From: Akkermansia sp.
GTDB lineage: Bacteria > Verrucomicrobiota > Verrucomicrobiia > Limisphaerales > SIBH01
Direction of reading: 5' to 3'
DNA: 64,000 nt
Assembly: GCA_043757045.1 (NCBI GenBank)
Contig: JAYVQC010000241.1
Location: forward strand, 10,410 to 74,409
The position numbers and the translations under genes were made by a program. The notes beneath the pieces were generated by a model, which did not search any database, was not told the DNA's origin, and saw only the letters and a list, made by a program, of their open reading frames with translations. How positions within the stretch are numbered: position 1 is the first letter of the stretch; each line of letters opens with the position of its first letter. Positions 56,601 to 63,700 of the stretch are shown here, one piece after another.

Positions 56601-57581
56601 CAGAGTTTCGCGGTCCTCATCAACGACGGTCTCGCGTGCGGCGGCTGGAAGGGCGACGTGGTGCCGCGCGGAAATCCCAACGGCGTGAACGGCATCACGG
56701 ACTGGGTGCAGATCGGTTTGTTCGTCGCGGGGCTGGCGACGGCGGTGGATGCGTGTGAGACGAATCGCGCGGATTGCGCGCCGCGCGGGACGTGTGGCGA
56801 TGGCATTTTGACGACGATTGATTGGGTGCAGGCGGGGCGTTACGCGGCGGGTTTGGATGCGCGGGTGTTGATGCAGGATTGTGTGCCGGCGTTGGTCCAG
56901 GGTCCGAAGTCCATGGTCCAAGGTCAGAAGAGCGGCACGTTGCGGAGTCTGTCTTTCACGAATGCGGCGGTGGCGCGGGGGGCAACGAATGGCGTGGCGG
57001 TGTGGGCGCAGGCGCAGGGGGATGAGAACGGGTTTGGGTTCAGCGTGCAATTTGACACGAATGTGCTGGCGCTGGTCTCGGCCACGCCGGGCGCGGATTT
57101 GACGAACGCGGCGATGTTCCTGGTCAACACGTCGGCGGTGGCGCGGGGTGTGGTAGGGGTGGTCTTTGTCCTGCCGTCGAACACGACGTTGGAGGCGGGG
57201 CGGCGGGCGTTGGTGCAATTGAATTTTGCGGCGCAGGCGGGGAGTAACACGGTTTCGACGCCGTTGCATTTTCAGGACGAGCCGGTGGCGGGAGAGGTTT
57301 CGGATTCGTTCGCGACGCCGTTGGCGGCGAGTTTTGTGGATGGCGCGGTGACGGTGGTGGGTGGCGCGGATTTTCATTTCAGCCATTTGTCCCGGGCGAC
57401 CGATGGACAGGTGAGTTTGCAGATGGTCGGCCCGGCGGGGGTGTGGCTGATCCAGCGTTCGGCTGATTTGCAGAGCTGGGAGACGGTGCGGGTGCTGACG
57501 AACAACACGGGTCGGCTGGAGTTCACGGAGTCGGTGGGGACGAACGTGACGCAGAGATTTTATCGTGCGGTGCAGCAGTGA
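47682..57581 (+). CDS. Giant (~3,300 aa) secreted protein. Order: 2x (PA14-like, Ig, SbsA-type Ig), LamG/jelly-roll-like, 3x lamin-tail domain (LTD), CotH kinase-like domain, 3x LTD, 2x cadherin-like, dockerin-like pair, cohesin-like, C-terminal RFYR module
   Basis: ORF 47253..57581. The likely start is the ATG at 47682 (MENQNQKRERRPWRVESRESRAGCLGCRWALVALVWLAAMLAPNATAQ). The upstream 143 codons are Arg/Gly-rich and non-protein-like. LTD examples are LVINEIMYNPITGDDWDEFVEIYNRGTNAVNLGGWRL and VLINEWMASN...DWIELYNFSDDAVDLGGYFMTDD. Confidence 0.9.
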   Translation: MENQNQKRERRPWRVESRESRAGCLGCRWALVALVWLAAMLAPNATAQTTGLYREVYLGIPGSTLLSLTNVFPPAPDQAEVSTNLFETPSNYGDNFGERYRGFLIPPVTGEYVFWCQGQNSAILFISPDESAVNKVGLAYNLNSALARSWYIFPTQQSTNLYLEAGQRYYVEALHKTGNGDDSFAIGWKLPNGTYEQPMPASHFRPFGQAAVSAPVLTAQPTNATVLEQFPATFRVAVSNLDAVTYRWTRDGTNIPGTLGASFTLPVVTLADHGSTFACIVSNNFGATTSATVTLNVTADTDAPVLRHAANLNTNAILVAFTEALDPATALVGANYTLSHGAQITGVQFGPRPHTIVLATTMLARNTNYTLTINNLRDRAATPNILAPNSTTTFVAYLKGIYRQLFPELSGSQLTDLTNSPIYPGLPLLAEVLTNALATPAWPTNNYGQRLRALLVPPVTGSYTFQISAHDSATLYLSTNAFTTSARAIASVTTARDASAGQYLVQTNQTSAPIPLVAGQQYYLQVLMKSGLSVQSPPDHCSVRWTLPDGTVEDPIPVARLVPSGLPLPVISQHPQPVETEENQPASYSVLVSNFDPIFYQWQQNGTNLPGATNSILYKPAVTLAENGSTLRCVLINYSGTATTLEATLTVFPDATPPALAQVINNGTNRLTVTYNEPVELLTATNLANYTLPGVTLSAPVLSTNGLTVTFNTTLLVIGSNYTVTVNNVRDRATTPNIITPASQFTFTAVTFFLQNIGSPADASYTPVAGGADLTAGYGDFFGGSDAFNYAYLTRVGDFDVKVRVARLDFADTWSVASLMARENLNTTNKYAAVCATPSIAGSFFQYRTNGGVVPSGSGSFPVNYPYTWLRLQRSGGTTFHGYASLDGETWTKLGTAIISMPATIYLGFTVSSRSGTATTTAEFRDFGNNTSTNLSAAPTMVEPLGPSSRRTGLAISEVLYNAAPRTDGRKIEFVELHNSNPFFENIGGYRLTGDISYTFPTNTILPGGGFLVIARAPADVTAVYGLNGVAGPYLGSLPGSKGTVRLRNPVNAILLELNYDDDNGWPIAADGPGHSLVLARPSYGENNPHAWAASDRIGGSPGRVDGLFLEPTRHIVINEYLAHTDLPDLDFIELFNRSKSAVDLSGCWLSDDPKTNKFRIPDGTIIGPTNFLVFHETQLGFSLNAGGEAIYLVNSNRTRVLDGLKFDGQENGVSTGRTPDGAPTFSRLASRTPGANNAAQRLEALVINEIMYNPITGDDWDEFVEIYNRGTNAVNLGGWRLNKGVDYTFPTNTIIPTNGYIVVGKDPAVLRTSYTNLNLTNCYGPFSGTLSSSGERLTLDMPDTVISTNLLGVVDTNIIHIIMDDVTYGTGGKWGNWSDGGGSSLELTDPRSDNRLPSNWADSDDSAKSVFTTMTVNGTLDHMGGSSSMWNALQLWLYEAGECLVDNVSVSTSPATVPAVSVPNGNFSSANTGVNEWVAQGTLRYSYIENIGGVNGNVLHVVSQDRGDTGANRINKVLTAQYVSNTTATITASVKWLKGRPEMLFRLRGNGLEIPGVMNVPRNLGTPGARNSRFATNAGPAMTEVAHSPVLPVAGEPITVTARVHDPDGVASVQLTWRLDPTGLPMVTNMVDNGTGQDLFARDGIYTATIPGQPDNAMIAFYVSATDSNAFVRTTQFPVGAPAKECLVHIGDKQPVASFASYRFWMTDQTLSDWITAEKVSSEIFKGTFIYGNSRIIYDAGSHYAGSPAHAKLYDSPTGTNCDYQLILKADDAVLDETSLRIQEPGLFGADRTCQNESLGYWMINQMGIPSLNRRPINVFINGLRRGLIYEDTQRQNSGFLSQWFPDAESDLSDLYRIGYWYEYGDDLANRSNNEPTLQDLTTVGGVKKLARYRQTFSKRAVKETVHNYTNLFQLVDVLKTTNTGDAYAAAVFPVVDVSSFTRAFAAERILNNTDLYGARRISGTESKPGSQNSFVAKPGGDKWKFLIWDIDAAYLGTPVDPLFDFTDPPISNLFLHPYVLRTYWQALEDGAHGPLRPQVMHPVMDAKFAALQQAGIPASAPQVMKDFLGVRRDFILQSLSENKSPFSITANGGANFTNASTLVTLSGAAPFGARIITINGVEYPLLWSSVTNWSVRLPLSGSSNLFTVRGYDAGSNLLANSTRTITVYFNGTVSKPEESLVINEIMYQPKFTNAHYVEIYNRSTNTTFGLGGYRLNGADYNFPAASFISPLSYLTVVKDTAAFQSAYGTTAVATVIGEYSGGLDKDGEALSLVKVAASTNLPDTIISKVKYEAARPWSDMAGRTNSGVSLQLVDGTQDHARVSNWEGAADWRFFSYTATPAGNQLALWLDVIGEVFIDDIRLVGGAVAGVGSNYVKGGDFETNNLSLWTFGNAYLGNSTNSTLHAKSGTNSLRLAPTKAGTTASSTFMSQTISPTPGASNYTVSFWYRPTTNTQNLFVRLGGTTPTTNFNTRLLYATPGTNNSVARSVTPYPLLWLNEVEPNNVTTLLDNTGTNQPWLELYNSSTNTLDLTGYALSKSYTNLAAWTFPNGSVMLPGQFRVIFADGRPQFTTGAVLHTSFRLDALSGSLVLSRSNQILDYINYTNVNNDVSYGDVPDGQLFARQLMFTPTPGDTNSPSPAPVLINEWMASNTATITNPITGSLEDWIELYNFSDDAVDLGGYFMTDDEGNKNKWRIPNTPLAVLAPRSFLLVWADGTSGTNVSATALHANFKLSKGGDYIGLFNPQQQKVDAFNFGPQLNNVTQGRFPDGNTAGGFVSMTASTPRTNNVVGNNGFTPSLVQPTNRVVNEGSLITFTNIASDADLPAQALTFTSPNLPEGATLHPTTGLFTWQTLEQHGPGVYGVTIRVADNGTPSLFDQKSFQITVNESNRAPVLPAVGPQVTYTNTLLSFSMAATDLDLPAQSISYGLTTALSGAGLDGNGLFTFVAMPAQAPSSNWVVITATDSLGLSATQSFAVLINDGLACGGWKGDVVPRGNPNGVNGITDWVQIGLFVAGLATAVDACETNRADCAPRGTCGDGILTTIDWVQAGRYAAGLDARVLMQDCVPALVQGPKSMVQGQKSGTLRSLSFTNAAVARGATNGVAVWAQAQGDENGFGFSVQFDTNVLALVSATPGADLTNAAMFLVNTSAVARGVVGVVFVLPSNTTLEAGRRALVQLNFAAQAGSNTVSTPLHFQDEPVAGEVSDSFATPLAASFVDGAVTVVGGADFHFSHLSRATDGQVSLQMVGPAGVWLIQRSADLQSWETVRVLTNNTGRLEFTESVGTNVTQRFYRAVQQ
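52737..53930 (+). other. CotH (spore-coat protein H, atypical kinase fold)-like domain
   Basis: FKGTFIYGNSRIIYDAGSHYAGSP, LRIQEPGLFGADRTCQNESLGYWMINQMGIPSLNRRPINVFINGLRRGLIYEDTQRQNSGFLSQWF and NNTDLYGARR...NSF...GDKWKFLIWDIDAA, consistent with CotH family blocks. Confidence 0.65.
56628..56868 (+). other. Dockerin-like duplicated segment
   Basis: Two ~25-aa half-sites: GDVVPRGNPNGVNGITDWVQIGLFVAGL and ADCAPRGTCGDGILTTIDWVQAGRYAAGLD. Both show the pattern D..PRG...G.I...DWVQ.G...AGL, reminiscent of the duplicated Ca-binding loop-helix of dockerins. Confidence 0.5.
56941..57360 (+). other. Cohesin-like domain (3,300-aa protein)
   Basis: LRSLSFTNAAVARGATNGVAVWAQAQGDENGFGFSVQFDTNVLALVSATPGADL...GVVGVVFVLPSNTTLEAGRRALVQLNFAA...FVDGAVTV. 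Confidence 0.55.
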
Positions 57582-57593
57582 GCGGAGGCCCGA

Positions 57594-57656
57594 GGTCCAA
57601 GGTCCAAGGCCGGGCGTCTGGTGTGGGCACGACATTGGACATTGGACTTTGGACCC
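57594..57656. repeat. Hairpin with heptamer-repeat arms (ggtccaa)n / (ttggac.)n, 13 nt after the stop of the 3,300-aa gene
   Basis: ggtccaaggtccaagg (57594..57609) pairs with cattggacattggactttggaccc (57633..57656). It is followed by tcccgcc-cc-ggcggga and a T6 run (57664..57692), so it may act as a terminator. Confidence 0.75.
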
Positions 57657-57714
57657 ACGGTGGTCCCGCCCCGGCGGGAGCACGGCTTTTTTGGAATTAG
57701 TAATTTAACGAATC

Positions 57715-60621
57715 ATGAGAAAGACATTGGAAGCGAAATGGTGGCTGGTGCTGGCACTGGCCGCGCTGGCGGTGCCGTCGGTGCAGGCGGCGTGTTCTTA
57801 TTCCGTCGCACCCGGCGGGAGCAATCACGGCAGCAGCGCGCGGACGAATAGTTTCAGCGTGCTGGCAGGCACGGGCTGCGCGTGGAGCGTGGTGAATACC
57901 AGTGCGTGGATCACGGTGCAGTCCGGCGCGAGCGGCACGGGCACGGGCTCTGTGACGTATGCGGTGTCGGCGAATCTCGACTCGGTCGCGCGCGCGGGAT
58001 CGCTGGTGGTGAGCGGCGCGCTATTCAATGTGTCGCAGGACGGCGTGCCGTGTAATTACGCGGTGTCGCCGGTGAGCCGCAATCACGGCGCGGCGGGCGC
58101 AGGCCCGGGCAATCCGCCGAATCCGATTCAAGTTTCCGCGGCGACGAATTGCGCGTGGACGGCCACGACGACGAGCAGTTGGCTCACCTTCCCCGGTGTG
58201 ACGAGCGGAGTCAGCACTGGCTCGGTGCCATACTATGTGGCGGCGAATACGACGCCGTTGTCGCGCACGGGCGTGGTGAACATCGCCACGCGCACCACGA
58301 CCATCAGCCAGAATCCCGCGAGCTGCCTTTACGAGTTGTCGCCCACGAACCGTCTGCACGGCTTTGCGGGTTCGACGGGCTTGGTGAGTGTGGCGACGCT
58401 GGGAGATCCGGTTTGCAGTTGGTTTGTGAATAACACGAATCCGTGGATCACCATCACGGTGAACGCCACGGGGACGAACGCCGGAAGTTTCGGCTATTCC
58501 GTGGGGCCCAACCCGAACAACAGCGCGCGCACCGGGACGTTTTATGTTTGGGATCAGGCGTTCACGGTGTTTCAAAACCCCACGCCGTGCTCGAACGCGG
58601 TCATCATGCCGACCTCCGCCAGTCCCGACGCTGATGCGCAGACGAACACGGTGAGCGTGACGCCGGTCGGAGGCTGTCCGGACTGGTTGGTGGTGAATAC
58701 GAACGCGTGGATTGCCGTGTCGCCGTTGAGCGGCGCCGGCAACGGGGTGGTGACCTGGAGCGTCGCGTTGAATTCGAGTGCCACCGGGCGCACGGGCGTG
58801 GTGCGGATCGCGGAGCAAAATTTCACGGTTCGCCAGGGGGGCGCGGTGTGTGATCCCAAGCTCTCGGCCACGAACCGTCAGCACGGTTACGGCGCCACGA
58901 CGGCCTCGGTGCAGCTCACGGTCTTGAGCACTTGCCCGTGGACGGTGGTGAATACGAATCCGTGGATCAACATTTTGACGGCGACAAGCGGGACGGGCAG
59001 CTCCTCGAACGCGTATGCGTTGTTGCAAAACACGAATCTCACGGAGCGCACGGGGAATGTGGTCATCGCGGGCCAGGTGCTGAACATCCGGCAGGGGGGC
59101 GCGAGTTGCGCCATCAGCCTTTCGCCCACCAACCGCCCCCACGGCCACGGCGCGTCGTCGCCGACGAACCTCATCAGCGTCAATACCGGAGCCGGTTGCG
59201 CGTGGAGCGTGGTCAACACGAACAGTTGGCTCACTTTCACGGGGGGCACGAATGGCACGGGCAGCAACTCGTTGAACTACATCTTCGGTGCGAATCCTTC
59301 CAGCACGCAGCGCGTCGCCGTCATCACCGTCAACGAGGCATTCGCGGTTATCACGCAGAGCGGTGCTCCTTGCACCCCTGGCATCGTCCCGAATTCCGAC
59401 ACCCACACGGCGGCGGCAGAGGTCGGAAACGTCGCGCTCTCGCTCCCGTTGGGCTGCGCGTGGAGTGTCATGAATACAAACCCGTGGGTCGTCTCGGTCA
59501 GCCCGTTGAGCGGTAACGGCGGGACGAACATTACTTACACGCTCGCCACGAATCTTTCGCCAAACACGCGCATCGGCACCGTGATGATTGCTGGTCTCCC
59601 CTACACTGTTACGCAGGATGGCGTGATCTGCTCCTACCGTCTCTCGCCCACGAACCGAGCGCACGGTTTTGGCAGCACGTCGAATTACGTGACCATGATC
59701 GTGAGCAACCCCTGCCCGTGGTCAGTGGCCACGACCAACAGTTGGATCACCCTCGTCACGGCCACGAACGGGGCCGGGACCCAGGACATCGGTTATCTCA
59801 TCGCCGCGAATCCCACCACGCAGGAACGCATCGGCAGGATCTTCGGGCAGGGTTCCACCTGCGTCATCACGCAGCGCGGCGTGACTTGCAGTTACTCGCT
59901 GTCCCCCTCGGGCCGCACGCATGTTTCTTCCCCGACTAACGCGTCATTCAATGTGTTCGCCTCGTCGATCTGTGCGTGGACGGTCTCCAACACGAACAGT
60001 TGGGTGACCATCACCTCGTCCACCAATGGCATGGGCGACGGCTCGGTCTCCTACTCCATCACCACCAATGCCGGGGCCGTGGCGCGCTCGGGTAACATCC
60101 TGGTCGCGGATCAGCTGTATGCCCTCACGCAGTCGCCGTTCACCTGCACTTACAAGCTCTCGCCCACCAACCGCACCCACGGCTTCGGCGCGAACACCAA
60201 CACGTTCGACATCACGGCCGGCCCCGGCTGCGCGTGGACCGTAGCCACGACCAATAACTGGATCACCTTCCTCTCCCCGACCTCCGGCTCGGGCAATTTC
60301 ACCAACTTCAAATACAGTTTCAGCGCCAATTTCGGTCCCGGCACCCGTGTGGGACAAATCACGCTGTTGAACGAGGTGCTCATCCTGAACCAGACCGCAC
60401 CGACGAACGGCTTCGAGTTCGAGTTGGTCTCGGTGAGTCCGACGGGTGATTTGAACGTCCGCCTCGGCGGCGGTCCGGCCGGCATCTGGGAGCTGCAAGC
60501 CTCCACCAATCTGTCGAGTTGGACCAAGATCGCCAACCTGACGAACACGTCGGGCCGCGTCGAATACCACGCTCCGCCGCCGCTCGCGCCGATGAAATAT
60601 CTGCGCGCTGTGCTGCCGTAA
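57715..60621 (+). CDS. Secreted protein made of ten tandem BACON-like ~86-aa repeats plus the C-terminal module
   Basis: 968-aa ORF with signal peptide MRKTLEAKWWLVLALAALAVPSVQA. Repeats start at ACSYSVAP, PCNYAVSP, SCLYELSP, PCSNAVIMP, VCDPKLSA, SCAISLSP, PCTPGIVP, ICSYRLSP, TCSYSLSP and TCTYKLSP. Each has an internal C.W.V.N.N.WIT and ends in ..R.G.i...G....V.Q. The C-terminus is GPAGIWELQASTNLSSWTKIANLTNTSGRVEY...MKYLRAVLP. Confidence 0.9.
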   Translation: MRKTLEAKWWLVLALAALAVPSVQAACSYSVAPGGSNHGSSARTNSFSVLAGTGCAWSVVNTSAWITVQSGASGTGTGSVTYAVSANLDSVARAGSLVVSGALFNVSQDGVPCNYAVSPVSRNHGAAGAGPGNPPNPIQVSAATNCAWTATTTSSWLTFPGVTSGVSTGSVPYYVAANTTPLSRTGVVNIATRTTTISQNPASCLYELSPTNRLHGFAGSTGLVSVATLGDPVCSWFVNNTNPWITITVNATGTNAGSFGYSVGPNPNNSARTGTFYVWDQAFTVFQNPTPCSNAVIMPTSASPDADAQTNTVSVTPVGGCPDWLVVNTNAWIAVSPLSGAGNGVVTWSVALNSSATGRTGVVRIAEQNFTVRQGGAVCDPKLSATNRQHGYGATTASVQLTVLSTCPWTVVNTNPWINILTATSGTGSSSNAYALLQNTNLTERTGNVVIAGQVLNIRQGGASCAISLSPTNRPHGHGASSPTNLISVNTGAGCAWSVVNTNSWLTFTGGTNGTGSNSLNYIFGANPSSTQRVAVITVNEAFAVITQSGAPCTPGIVPNSDTHTAAAEVGNVALSLPLGCAWSVMNTNPWVVSVSPLSGNGGTNITYTLATNLSPNTRIGTVMIAGLPYTVTQDGVICSYRLSPTNRAHGFGSTSNYVTMIVSNPCPWSVATTNSWITLVTATNGAGTQDIGYLIAANPTTQERIGRIFGQGSTCVITQRGVTCSYSLSPSGRTHVSSPTNASFNVFASSICAWTVSNTNSWVTITSSTNGMGDGSVSYSITTNAGAVARSGNILVADQLYALTQSPFTCTYKLSPTNRTHGFGANTNTFDITAGPGCAWTVATTNNWITFLSPTSGSGNFTNFKYSFSANFGPGTRVGQITLLNEVLILNQTAPTNGFEFELVSVSPTGDLNVRLGGGPAGIWELQASTNLSSWTKIANLTNTSGRVEYHAPPPLAPMKYLRAVLP

Positions 60622-60714
60622 CCGTCACGACCGCACGAGGATGAATCAAGTTTTGCCAAGGACGCACGATGAATAGCGGAAACGCGCGAAGCAAAATTCG
60701 GGAACCAATTTGAA

Positions 60715-63700
60715 ATGAGAAAGTGTTTGAACACGCTGTTGCAGGCGGGGGTGCTGTCTTTGGCCCTCGCCTTCGCCGTTGAGACCGCCGGTGCGGATCG
60801 CGTGCTGCGCGCGCACGACTTCACCGTGGCCCGGGGTCAGACGAACACGTTGCGCATCTCGCTGGAAAGCCTCGGGGATGTGAACGCGCTCGGCTTCACC
60901 GTCTGTTTCGATACGAACCTCTTCGCCCTGGTGCCGCCCGTGCGGCGTGGCGCGGCGATCAGCAACCTGTATCCCTCCGCCACCTTCACGCCCAACACCG
61001 CCGCGCTGGAGACCAACGGCTGGATCGGCCTCGTCATCGGCCTCGACATCGGGACGGGCGAGACCTGGCCGACGGGGACCAATCAACTCGTCGAAATGGA
61101 TTTCCGCGCGCTGCCCGGCACCGGCTCCAGCAACGCGGCCATTGAGATTTGCGACAAAGTCACGGCCCCCGAAATGTCCAACGCCGACGCGCAACCCCTC
61201 GTCGCGAGCTACAGCCACGCGAACGTGCTCGTCACCGGCGACTGCACGTACGCGCTGAACACAAATTCGGCCAGTGTCGCTTTCAGCGGCGGCTCGCGCA
61301 CGGCGAATGTCCTCACCGACTTCATCTGCGCGTGGACGGCGGAGAACACGAACGCGTGGATTCAATTCACCTCCGTGACCAACGGCACCGGCGCGGGCAG
61401 CGTCACGTTCAACGTCGCGTTGAATCCAGAACTCGCTCCGCGCACCGGCACGCTGACCATCGCCGGACAAACTTTCACGGTGAACCAGGCGGCGTTCGTC
61501 TGCGATTACGCGATCACGCCCACAACGCGCATGCACGCCCCCGGCGCGGAAACGAACAGCGTCAGCCTCAGCACCAGCAACCAATGTCCGTGGACCATCG
61601 AGAACACGAACAGTTGGATCACGATCCTTTCCCCGCTGAGCGGCACGGGCAGCACCACCGTGGACTACCGCCTCGCCGCGAATCCGAACATCGTTCCGCG
61701 CACCGGCACCGTGGTCATCGCGGGCCAGACGCTCACGCTCGCGCAAGACCCGCTGATTTGCACCTACGCGCTCACGCCGACGAGCCGCAGCCACGCGCCC
61801 ACTGCCGGCACCAATTCTTTCTCCTTCACCGCGCCCGCGCCCTGCGCGTGGACGGCAGCGACGACGAACAACTGGATCGTGCTCATCTCCGGCCTGAACG
61901 GTTTGGGAAATGGTTCCGTGAGCTACCGCCTGCTCGCCAATGCCAACAGCGTGTCGCGCGCGGGCAGCATCGATCTGAGCGGTGAAAACTTTGCCGTGAC
62001 GCAGGACGGAGCGCCCTGCGATCCCGTGCTCACGCCGTCGGGCCTCAGCCACGGTTTCAACACCGCCACCGGACTCGTCAGCGTGGCGCTACCGACCGGT
62101 TGTGTGTGGAACGCTTCGACGACGAATTCCTGGATCACCATTGATTCCGGCACAAGCGGCCTCGGCACCGGCACGGTCGGCTACACCGTCGCGTCGAACG
62201 CGCAGTTCACCTCGCGCCTCGGCGTCATCACCATCGCAGGCGCGGCCTTCACCGTGTCGCAGTCGGGTGCGCCCTGCCCCACCACACTTGATCCCGTCAG
62301 CGCCACGCTCGGCCACAACGCTGCCACCGGCACCGTCAGCGTCGCCGTCGCTGGCCCGTGCGCGTGGACGACGGAGAACACGAACGCGTGGGTGCAAATT
62401 CTTTCCGGCAGCGGCACCAGCACCGGCACCGTGACCTACGCGGTCGCACCAAACACGAACATCACTGCCCGCGTCGCCACGCTGATTATCGCGGGCGAAA
62501 TCTTCTCGCTCACACAAAACGGCGCGCCCTGCGCCTACGCGCTCACGCCTGCGAATCAAAATCTCGGGCCGAACGCCGTGACCAATTCCTTCACCGTGAC
62601 CGCGCAGGCCGGCTGCGCCTGGACCGTGGACAACACGAACTCGTGGATCACGATCCAGTCCGGCGCGAACGGCAACGGCGGCGGCGTGGTGACCTACTCG
62701 CTCGCGGCCAACCCGATCGCCGTCAGCCGCACCGCCACGATTCTCGTCGCCGACCAGAGTTTTGCCATCACGCAGGACGCCGCCGCCTGCACCTTTGCCC
62801 TTTCCGTCACCACGCGCACCCACGGCCCAACCGCCGTGACGAACAGTGTGGTGCTGACCACGCTCACGGGCTGCGCCTGGACGATCTCGAACCTGAATTC
62901 TTGGATTACGTTCCCCGCCGGCACGAACGGCAGCGGAACCTTCACAAACATTTATCAAGTTGAGGCCAATCCTGATCCCGTGGGCCGCACCGGCGTGGTC
63001 ATGATCGCGGGCCGAGTCCTGACCATCGCGCAAAATCCCGCGCCGTGCTCGTACGCGTTGAACCCCACGAGCCGCGCGCATGGTTCCGGCTCCGAGACTG
63101 GGCTCGTCAGTGTCACCACGCATCCGCTCTGCAACTGGACCGCCGTGCCGTCTGCTTCTTGGATCATCATCAACACCGGCGCGAGCAACTCCGGCCCCGG
63201 CAGCATCGGCTACACGCTCGCGGCGAACACCAACGGCGCGGGCCGCACGGGCTTCATCGCCGTCAACGGGCAGGCCAACACTATCACGCAGGCGGGATTG
63301 CCGTGTGTCTTCGCGATCACGCCTACGAACGCGTCGCATGGTTTCAACGCCGTCACCGCCAGCGTCGCCGTCGCCACACTCGAAGGCTGCAACTGGACGA
63401 TCAGCAACACGAACAGTTGGATCACGATTCTCTCTGGTCTGAACAATTCGGGGAGCAACACCTTGATCTACGCACTCGCCGCGAATCCCAGCACGCTGCC
63501 GCGCGCGGCAGTCGTCGTCATCGCGGGAATTGAATTCTCCATCGCGCAGAACGGTGCGCCCTGCACTTACACGCTGATCCCCGGCAGCCGCCTGCATCCC
63601 GCCAGCGCGGACACGAACTCGCTCATCATCGAGGCGGGCAGCAACTGCGCCTGGGCCGCCAGCACCACGAACGCGTGGCTCGCCTTCACCAGCGCCACGA

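Noticed and set aside
42038-57683. Long minus-strand ORFs 42038..44566, 47568..49409, 49458..53810 and 54801..57683
   Set aside because: The same reasoning applies. They are antisense shadows of the PL8 gene and the 3,300-aa gene, with extreme Arg/His/Gly content and no motifs.
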